Assembly (NCBI GenBank): GCA_036639875.1
Contig: JAVWHX010000001.1
Coordinates: 87,155 to 151,154 of the forward strand
DNA: 64,000 nucleotides
Reading direction: 5' to 3'
Source: Coprobacillus sp.
GTDB taxonomy: Bacteria > Bacillota_I > Bacilli_A > Erysipelotrichales > Coprobacillaceae
The position numbers and the translations under genes are program-made. The notes beneath the pieces were generated by a model. It ran no database searches, was not told the origin of the DNA, and saw nothing but the letters and a program-made list of their open reading frames with translations. Below are positions 56,708 to 64,000 of the stretch, in pieces. Within the stretch, counting starts at the first letter, position 1. Every line of letters starts with the position of its first letter.

Positions 56708-59700
56708 CTACTTCTCATAGAGGTATGTCGTCGAATATGAATCAGTTTTTTCAAAAACGTCACCATTTTGTAAATAATAATTAATCATAATACGATAATA
56801 CCCCAAATTTTCTAATGATAGTGGGAGTTCCATTGTGTAATAACCACCGAGTTTTTCACTAAACAAGGTTCCATTTTCATTCATGAGCACTCCTGTAAAA
56901 CTTGACTTACCATCACTGCTAATAACTGTATATTCAACTTTCTTAATAGAATTTAAGTTACTTGCATTCTTATAAGATATAGCTATTTTAGAAGGATCAC
57001 GATTTGGATTTTCAACTGTTACATCTCCATAAGCAATTCCATTTTCACCAGGTGTCATACGAACATCTTCCCAAATCAAATAATCTTCTTTATCTTTTTC
57101 AAATGTTTCATGATCTAACGAAGCTATACTTCCTTTAACATCTGGATTATTATCACAAATACCATCCCTATTCATATCTATACTTGCATAAATAGCAATT
57201 CTATAATTAGTGTTTGGTTTCAAATCTTTTAATGTCATTGTATAATTTTTTCCAGGATCATAAACTTTATATAAGTCTTCAGCTGCAGTTACATCTTTCC
57301 ATGAACTATCTTCTTTTTCAAAATAACGAACATAGTAAACAGAATTATATCCATTCTCAATCAGATAATCACTCATTATAACTTGAGAATTATCCGCTAC
57401 AGAAGTATCCACTTTCATATCAATTGTTTTAGTACCTTGATGGTATTCTGGAACGAGATTTGTAAATGTAATAGGCATTGTAGTAGGGGCTATTTTAAAT
57501 CCTGCTATTGAAGTTCCTAAAATAATACTTTCATCAATTTTTCCATCGGTTACCTGATTTATAGTGGTTTTAATTTGATACTGTGTATCATTTTTCAATT
57601 TATGTTTTGCAACATTTAACATAAAACTAGGATTCATATTTGTTTGATAATTATCTCCTACTTTATAGCCATCATACATTCCGGCATTGATCATATCTTG
57701 ATTACTCATAATCACATTACCAAATTCATCAAGAATGCTATACCTAATAAAGAATCCACTCACTTGGTCAATATTATAAGAAAGAACCAATCGTTGTACA
57801 TCATATGTTTCAATCTTATATTGTAACTTTGAAGAACTGATGTTAACACTACCTTTTGTCTTTACTTCTTTCATAAATGCACCAGATTTTTTTGCATCAA
57901 GTAATAAACTATCTTGTTTATTCACTTTTGCAGTGAAAGTAATACGATATGATGTATCTTTCTTTAAATTGTTTAAGACAATAGAAGATTCCGTTGTCAA
58001 GTTTGTTACGTTAATTGATTGTACGATTTCTTCATTTGTTAGTAGATTTTTAATATGTGCATCAATAAATCGCTTTCCACTACTATCAGCATCAATTTGG
58101 CTAACTCCACTTATATCCACACCATATAAGTTAATAGAAGTCATGTTTTGTCCATAAGAATCATTGACACTGATAGAAGGTACAATTTTCGTAAGTTCAA
58201 AATTTTGTGCTTCATCAGTAACCAACTTTGTTTCATTGATCTTTTTTACAACAAAATAATTAAGTTGTTCTTGTGGAGCTGTCCCAATAATATAAGCCAT
58301 CCCATTTTGATCAGCACGAATTGAATAGTTATTTGTTAGGTTTCTGAATTTAGAAGTAACAACAAAATCTTGTTTTTGTTGAATTGTTTCATAATCTAAT
58401 AAATTATTTAATGTAAATATTGAACCAGATGCCGTTGTTGAAGTCTTAATAATTGCACCACTTTGTTCATCAAAAGCTATATAATTACCGAGAACATAAT
58501 TCCCTGATTTCTTTGTGATATATTGTAAAGCAAACCTATCTCTATTTGTAAGTTCCCAACTCATATTGTTTGAATCATAACAAAGAGATACGTCAGTTCC
58601 AATTGTCTTACCTATAAGCTTATCCAGTTTGGCAGTAGAGATATATCCTATATTTGAAGCATTAAGAGTCATATATGTAGAATAATAACTTGTTGGATTA
58701 TTAACATCATAGAATCTTACATTAACCCCTGCTATTTTCTTATTAAGCAAATCAAGGTTTGATGATCCAACTGGATCTTTTAATTCTATTTTAATTTGAT
58801 TTTTTTCTAAATCAGCAACAACATTGTATTTAAGTTTGCTTATAATATCATTGTTGAAAGTACTAGAGAAATCAATAGGTTGATACATGATATCTAAAAT
58901 ATTTGTTTCATTTTTGTATGATAAATTATATAACTGTCTGCTTATTTGAGGGATGAATTGTCCGTTTTTTAAGCTCGATGATATAATCGAATTAAACGTA
59001 ACACTTCCCCATGTATTTTCATCTACATCGATTGCATCACCATAAGAACCATTTACCAAAAACTTTGTTTCATTTTTCTTTATTGTCTTATCATTATCAC
59101 TATAACGATATTTCAATGTCAAACTTGTTTTATTTGTATTATAATTAGAAACACTTGGATAAATAGTGAATTTTGGTTCAATTTTAGGTGCATCCTTAAT
59201 CCCAGAATTTAAGACATAAGCAGTGCTTAGTTTGTTTGCTAAAGCTGCATACTGAGGATGTTCATAAGGATAAATCTTATCTCCCTCACCAGCCCCAATT
59301 TCACTATAACTTAATGCATACGCAAAGTTATACTTATATCCTCTTGACATACCTGAAGATAATGCATTTGAAGTTGCTTCTGCCTTGCCTGAATATGTAA
59401 CATTGACTCCACCGTATGTTGTATCCACACCTTCTCCAAAAAAGATTGCACATACAGGAACGTTACTGTTTGAAGGAGAAATCGCAATTTCTTTACGCAC
59501 CACCCATTCACCACTATTCTTTAACCCACCATCTAGCCCAAAATCATAAATTGGATTTTGATTAGCAGATAATAAATTGGCAAATTGATTACTTTCAAAT
59601 GCATAATAATACATTTTTCTAGCTAATTTCGCATAATTATCGTAATTTGCCTCTAAGCGATATCCTACAATCGCATTGTCATCTAACTTTGAATCAACTG

Positions 59701-62608
59701 TTTTTCCGTAAATTCCAACATCTTTATTATAGATGATTGTTGATTTAACTTGGTCGTTCATTATTGTGCTATCTGGTAATGCAGGAGCTTGATTCGCTTT
59801 TGTGACAATAACTTCTCTTGTTGTATCAGTCACATTATATTGATTCTTATAACGTGATATATTTGATGGATTGACATAATCATCAGAACCAGTTGTATCA
59901 TATATAGTATTAATTCTTATGGTATATATAGTACCTGTTAAAGAATTAGCTTTAAATCCGAAATCTATTTCAGATACTTCTTTACCATTTATAATAAAAT
60001 CATCAACTAAACTATTCTTCTCAGGGTCTTTATCGACATCAGTAAATATCTTCGAACCCATAAAGACCTTGCCATTTCCACTACCTTTGTAAAGATCTAA
60101 AGTTATCTTGTTTAAAGCGTTCATTTGATAAGTACTCTCTTGTCCTGTCCAACTTCCATCAGTCGCATCCAATTTTAGTATACGAGCAACTGAATTTGAT
60201 GAAGAATTATTGATCTTCCAATCCGCTTTTAATTCAGAAAGACTTGTAGTTGATGTAACAACATTTCCAAGAACATATGGCAAAGATCCATCTCCGTCTT
60301 TAAGATCTACATAACCATTTACTCTAAAACGATAAACACTATCTGCTTTTAATCCTGTTTCAGCAATATTAAGTATAATTTGATTTCCATACGCTGCAAC
60401 GATTGGATTATTTTTTGATGTTATCTCAATTGTCTTAGCATAATCACCTTCACAATCAATATGAATAATAAGTGGATGTTGTGCACTTATATCCATTGTC
60501 GATCCATTTAAATCAATAATGAGATTTCCAGATATATAATCATGTTCTACTTTTGTTGGTTGCATTGATAGTGCAGGAAGATAACTTTCACTCATTTTAA
60601 ATGTTTCAGAAAATTTTGATTTTACTTCAATGATTTTTTCATTGTCATTATAAGTCGTTACCATTCTAAAACGATATGGATGACTAGTGAAAATAACTTT
60701 TTTATCAATTGGTAAAAATACTGCTTGTAAACCACTTCCAGGTTCAATTGCAATTGTTTTAAGAATCTCATCATATTGTGAACTATTTTCATCAGCATCA
60801 TAAACTTCATAATATTGCTCTATAATCGAATTATCATCATCTTTCAATACCCCACTATATAATTCAAAACATTTTAATGGTTTATTTCTAATTGCGTACA
60901 AATCATCGCTTAAAGATGGTTTTTTCTTTAACGTCATTACTTGTAAAACTTGTTGTGTTATATATGTTTTTTCATCATCAAAAGCAACTAATCTCACTAC
61001 AAATTTTTGATTAGATTTAATCTTATCAAACTCATTTCCATCAAAAGTTAAAATTTCATCAGTAAAGTCCTCTCCCATATCAACCGTTTTCTTTATATAA
61101 TTAGATGTAGAGTTGACATCAAAATTTTTAGACTCTTCACTTGTTAATAAATAAATATCTGCTCTTTGTGTTTTTGAATAAGTATTTTTAGTTAATTTCA
61201 CTTTAACTGATGATGTTGTAATACTATCTTTTTCCATAAAGAGTCCTAGTGAATCTGTATAGAAGACTCTTGAAACAAATTCACGTTGGAATTGTTGTTC
61301 ATTCATTTCATAAGTTGCTGTTAAAACAAGTCGATATTCAGTATCTGGTTTTAATGGATTAACAGTTGAATCTGTATGAAAAGATATTGATTCTCCTTGA
61401 ACATTAAAATCACTTTCTCCATTCTCATTAAGACATGAAACCATTGTTCCACTACCAGCTTCATAAACAAGTATTTTTGCACTTTCACTTGTTAACATAA
61501 CATTTTCATCAGTGATTTTTAAACTTCCTTTTAAACTTATTGCATCTACTTCCCATGTTTGAATAGAAAACTGTGGGAGTCCAGTTTTAGAACTTGATTC
61601 CTGTCCCGCATCTGATCCACTTACTCCTGGTTTCCCAGTTGTACCATTTTTACCATTCGTCCCAGAAGTTCCGTTATCTCCATTATTTCCACTCGTTCCA
61701 TTACTTCCTTGTGTACCTGAAGTTCCTAAAGTTCCATGTGTTCCCTTATTCCCGTTATCTCCACTTGTTCCTTCAGTACCTTCAACACCCAATTCTCCTG
61801 CTTCGCCATCTGTTCCATTATTATTTTTAATATCAAATTTGGGAACTTGTTGATTTCTTTTTTCTAATGGTGACAATTCAATATTACTATCAGCATCAAC
61901 AACGAGCTTATTTAAAGTCATTTGATTCTTATTTTTTTCAACAACTTGGTCAAATAATTTAACAGTCGTTCCTAAACCATTTTTAATAGAAGCTGTTGTA
62001 GAAACACTTTGCCATACATTATCTTGTGTAACCAATTGTACAACACCTTCATCAATATAATTAATTTCAATAAAATCTCCTGCTTTACGAATATCGTTTT
62101 TATCAAATACAACTTCAATATTTTCTGAAAACATAACAAATTTAGAATCAGATATTTTTAAAATACCTTCCTCTATTTTGAATGATTCATTTTGGCTTTC
62201 TAGTTGCCAGGTTTTCCCTGATTTTTCTAAAATCATTCCTATAGGAAGCCCATAATGATTAATCGCTCCATTCTTTTCTAAATCCTTAAAATTCATAAGA
62301 ACTCCTCTGGATAATGCGGAAATAGAGCCATCTTCATAATGCAAAAAACTAGATGACTCAATCTCTGCTATTTCACCAGCATTATCCTCAAATGCATATT
62401 TGTTTGGGTATTTTTCTTCATATTGTGTTCCTTGAGTAAACTGGTATCTTGTACTCTGCGATTGTGAATCTGCTTGAATCACATATCCTCCCTTTTCAAA
62501 AGTTTTTAAAGAAGAATTATTAACACTAACTGCTATAAAAAAAACACCTATCATTGAAATAATGACTAATACTATTACCAAAAGAACTCCTTTTTTACTT
62601 TTCACATG
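56708..62608 (-). CDS. giant envelope protein: N-terminal anchor, juxtamembrane domain, collagen-like G-X-Y spacer, long FN3-like array
   Basis: GTG start at 62606-62608, 7 nt after GAGGAGGA (the track start at 62626 is a TTG extension). Hydrophobic segment GVLLVIVLVIISMIGVFFIAV. 23 G-X-Y triplets. Recurrent FN3 hallmarks LKPDTEYRLVLTA, LKADSVYRFRVNG, LKKDTSYRITFTA, LKNDTQYQIKTT, LKPNTNYRIAIYA. Confidence 0.85.
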   Translation of the reverse strand, partial: HVKSKKGVLLVIVLVIISMIGVFFIAVSVNNSSLKTFEKGGYVIQADSQSQSTRYQFTQGTQYEEKYPNKYAFEDNAGEIAEIESSSFLHYEDGSISALSRGVLMNFKDLEKNGAINHYGLPIGMILEKSGKTWQLESQNESFKIEEGILKISDSKFVMFSENIEVVFDKNDIRKAGDFIEINYIDEGVVQLVTQDNVWQSVSTTASIKNGLGTTVKLFDQVVEKNKNQMTLNKLVVDADSNIELSPLEKRNQQVPKFDIKNNNGTDGEAGELGVEGTEGTSGDNGNKGTHGTLGTSGTQGSNGTSGNNGDNGTSGTNGKNGTTGKPGVSGSDAGQESSSKTGLPQFSIQTWEVDAISLKGSLKITDENVMLTSESAKILVYEAGSGTMVSCLNENGESDFNVQGESISFHTDSTVNPLKPDTEYRLVLTATYEMNEQQFQREFVSRVFYTDSLGLFMEKDSITTSSVKVKLTKNTYSKTQRADIYLLTSEESKNFDVNSTSNYIKKTVDMGEDFTDEILTFDGNEFDKIKSNQKFVVRLVAFDDEKTYITQQVLQVMTLKKKPSLSDDLYAIRNKPLKCFELYSGVLKDDDNSIIEQYYEVYDADENSSQYDEILKTIAIEPGSGLQAVFLPIDKKVIFTSHPYRFRMVTTYNDNEKIIEVKSKFSETFKMSESYLPALSMQPTKVEHDYISGNLIIDLNGSTMDISAQHPLIIHIDCEGDYAKTIEITSKNNPIVAAYGNQIILNIAETGLKADSVYRFRVNGYVDLKDGDGSLPYVLGNVVTSTTSLSELKADWKINNSSSNSVARILKLDATDGSWTGQESTYQMNALNKITLDLYKGSGNGKVFMGSKIFTDVDKDPEKNSLVDDFIINGKEVSEIDFGFKANSLTGTIYTIRINTIYDTTGSDDYVNPSNISRYKNQYNVTDTTREVIVTKANQAPALPDSTIMNDQVKSTIIYNKDVGIYGKTVDSKLDDNAIVGYRLEANYDNYAKLARKMYYYAFESNQFANLLSANQNPIYDFGLDGGLKNSGEWVVRKEIAISPSNSNVPVCAIFFGEGVDTTYGGVNVTYSGKAEATSNALSSGMSRGYKYNFAYALSYSEIGAGEGDKIYPYEHPQYAALANKLSTAYVLNSGIKDAPKIEPKFTIYPSVSNYNTNKTSLTLKYRYSDNDKTIKKNETKFLVNGSYGDAIDVDENTWGSVTFNSIISSSLKNGQFIPQISRQLYNLSYKNETNILDIMYQPIDFSSTFNNDIISKLKYNVVADLEKNQIKIELKDPVGSSNLDLLNKKIAGVNVRFYDVNNPTSYYSTYMTLNASNIGYISTAKLDKLIGKTIGTDVSLCYDSNNMSWELTNRDRFALQYITKKSGNYVLGNYIAFDEQSGAIIKTSTTASGSIFTLNNLLDYETIQQKQDFVVTSKFRNLTNNYSIRADQNGMAYIIGTAPQEQLNYFVVKKINETKLVTDEAQNFELTKIVPSISVNDSYGQNMTSINLYGVDISGVSQIDADSSGKRFIDAHIKNLLTNEEIVQSINVTNLTTESSIVLNNLKKDTSYRITFTAKVNKQDSLLLDAKKSGAFMKEVKTKGSVNISSSKLQYKIETYDVQRLVLSYNIDQVSGFFIRYSILDEFGNVIMSNQDMINAGMYDGYKVGDNYQTNMNPSFMLNVAKHKLKNDTQYQIKTTINQVTDGKIDESIILGTSIAGFKIAPTTMPITFTNLVPEYHQGTKTIDMKVDTSVADNSQVIMSDYLIENGYNSVYYVRYFEKEDSSWKDVTAAEDLYKVYDPGKNYTMTLKDLKPNTNYRIAIYASIDMNRDGICDNNPDVKGSIASLDHETFEKDKEDYLIWEDVRMTPGENGIAYGDVTVENPNRDPSKIAISYKNASNLNSIKKVEYTVISSDGKSSFTGVLMNENGTLFSEKLGGYYTMELPLSLENLGYYRIMINYYLQNGDVFEKTDSYSTTYLYEK
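61610..61816 (-). repeat. collagen-like G-X-Y triplet coding repeat (23 uninterrupted units)
   Basis: GTDGEAGELGVEGTEGTSGDNGNKGTHGTLGTSGTQGSNGTSGNNGDNGTSGTNGKNGTTGKPGVSGSD, with Gly at every third residue and Thr/Ser/Asn-rich X/Y positions. Confidence 0.9.
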
Positions 62609-62663
62609 TACATCCTCCTCTATCAAAACATCACTTTAAAACAATAAAACTATCTTTTATTAA

Positions 62664-62861
62664 CTAATCTATTTTTCTAGGAAAATAGCAAACACCTACA
62701 TCTAAAGCTCTTTCTCTGTTTAAGTGAAAGTCAGCATATTTACAATACCAGCATCCTTTCAAATCAGCAGTAATTCCTTCTCTTAGACAAAAAGCTGGAC
62801 AATACTGTTCTGGCCAAACATTCCCTTCCTTATTTGGCTTTTCTAAACTTATCTGATCCAT
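62664..62861 (-). CDS. small cysteine-rich protein, unknown function; probable first cistron of the large operon
   Basis: 65 aa with five Cys (C..FC ... CWYC ... C). AAAGGAA RBS. Lies 55 nt upstream of the giant gene's GTG. No terminator in between. Confidence 0.45.
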   Translation of the reverse strand: MDQISLEKPNKEGNVWPEQYCPAFCLREGITADLKGCWYCKYADFHLNRERALDVGVCYFPRKID

Positions 62862-62910
62862 ATTTTCACATTCCTTTGCACTTTTTTAACATAATTTTAC
62901 AATAAAATAC

Positions 62911-62965
62911 AAAAAAAAGGTCACATGAGTTAAATTTACCTATTTTTGAGCATTATTTATGTGAC
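62911..62965 (-). terminator. possible rho-independent terminator of the histidine kinase gene
   Basis: GTCACAT/ATGTGAC stem with a long loop, followed on the minus strand by a run of 8 T. Confidence 0.4.
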
Positions 62966-62967
62966 TT

Positions 62968-64000
62968 TTATATTAATATCCTTACTACAAATATTTTATT
63001 ATCTGTTTGATACAAAACTTCTCCGTTATATGTATTGACAAATTCAATAATACTTTTGGTTCCAAATCCATGTTCATCATGACTAGAAGTTGGATAGCCA
63101 TCTTTATCAAGAGAAATTTTACCATCATAAGGATTTTTCATTTCTACAATGAGTTGCTTGTGAGTATAAGCAACAGTAAACAATATGTATTTCTTCTCAG
63201 CTTCCTGTAACTTCATACATGCATGAATCGCATTTTCTAATAAATTAGATAATATTAATGACAATTTCAAACTATCAATTTGTATTTCATATGGTATATC
63301 AAGCTTTGTAACAACTTGTATATCATTTTCTTCACAACGTTCAATATAAAAAGAAATAGCAGCGTTTACAACAGTGTTTTCACAATATTTCTTTTTTGTT
63401 TTAATTGTAACATGAAGTTGCTTTTCTAAGCTATCAATAGCTTTTTCTATTTCTCCATTATGTAATAACTCCAATAACATTCTACTAAAATGACGGTGAT
63501 CATGTTGTGCAATTCTAATTTGACTCGTCACTTTTTCCTGCAAATTAAATCGTTCTTCCAATCTTTCTAATGATACTCGCATGACATCTTGTCTATTTTT
63601 AAATCTAATATTTTCTTCCTTAACTCTATATTCATTATCAAGATTTTTTAATGAATGAAAAACAGAAACATAAAAACTACAAGATAATATAATTAATAAA
63701 AGTAAAGTTATTTTCTCATCAAACAATGTCTTCGTGATTTCATCAGATTTAATAAAATAATAAGCAAAGTTAAAATATATTAAAACCGATACATAAACAA
63801 AATGATTAAAGTGCTCAACAGCTTGATGATATAACGGTTTCAACTTGTTTTTTAGCAAATAATAAAGGAGCACAAATAATATAAAACGTATAATAATATT
63901 TGTGTATAATGAGAAAGGTAAATATCTAGAAATTATAAAACTAAATACTATAACAACAAAATTGATATTTTGAACTGTTGTAAAACTAAAAATCCATTTT
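62968..64000 (-). CDS. GHKL sensor histidine kinase (AgrC/LytS-like); 5' end beyond the window
   Basis: H-box IRIAQHDHRHF, N-box LILSNLLENAIHA, G-box HGFGTKSI. The hydrophobic N-terminal region stays open to position 64000, so the track GTG start at 63873 is probably internal. Confidence 0.75.
   Translation of the reverse strand, partial: KWIFSFTTVQNINFVVIVFSFIISRYLPFSLYTNIIIRFILFVLLYYLLKNKLKPLYHQAVEHFNHFVYVSVLIYFNFAYYFIKSDEITKTLFDEKITLLLLIILSCSFYVSVFHSLKNLDNEYRVKEENIRFKNRQDVMRVSLERLEERFNLQEKVTSQIRIAQHDHRHFSRMLLELLHNGEIEKAIDSLEKQLHVTIKTKKKYCENTVVNAAISFYIERCEENDIQVVTKLDIPYEIQIDSLKLSLILSNLLENAIHACMKLQEAEKKYILFTVAYTHKQLIVEMKNPYDGKISLDKDGYPTSSHDEHGFGTKSIIEFVNTYNGEVLYQTDNKIFVVRILI

Noticed and set aside
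62862-62910. Promoter call for the large operon upstream of the Cys-rich ORF
   Set aside because: Only weak hexamers are present (for example TTGTAT-N17-TTAAAA, or a TGnTAAAAA extended -10-like string). None is good enough to annotate without transcription start data.

Overview
AT-rich (roughly 30% GC by eye) chromosomal segment from a low-GC Gram-positive bacterium (Bacillota). The gene content (PTS, GH1, LtaS-type enzyme, HtpG with CIRCE operators) and standard code 11 fit this; I cannot assign a genus. About 55 protein genes, almost all on the minus strand. I saw no rRNA, tRNA, CRISPR array, transposase or integrase. Positions 1-38,300 are ordinary metabolic and accessory genes: cellobiose-type PTS EIIC, two GH1 phospho-beta-glucosidases, enolase, HtpG, a uracil/xanthine permease, a Na/Pi cotransporter, several ABC exporters, and AraC, TetR, MerR, RpiR, WYL and two PadR regulators. 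There are also two SplB-like radical SAM paralogues and a repeat-containing surface protein. The standout is a ~24.5 kb tightly packed minus-strand operon (38,365-62,861). It encodes a complete but non-canonical F1-like ATPase cassette: a c-like hairpin without the ion-binding carboxylate, a b-like stalk, alpha, gamma, beta and epsilon. There is no recognisable a or delta subunit, and an unrelated small polytopic membrane protein sits at the end of the cassette. The cassette lies between genes for four N-terminally membrane-anchored envelope proteins, two of them giant (1,966 aa, and 489+3,091 aa). These proteins share a juxtamembrane module, carry three different low-complexity spacers (collagen-like G-X-Y, G-G-X, acidic/Pro-rich), and continue into FN3-like arrays and GLUG/beta-helix blocks. 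The largest reading frame is interrupted by a single in-frame TAA. The closest described precedent I know is the Type 2/Type 3 F1-like ATPases of mycoplasmas, which suggests an ATP-driven cell-surface machine. All domain calls come from motif recognition by eye, not database searches.
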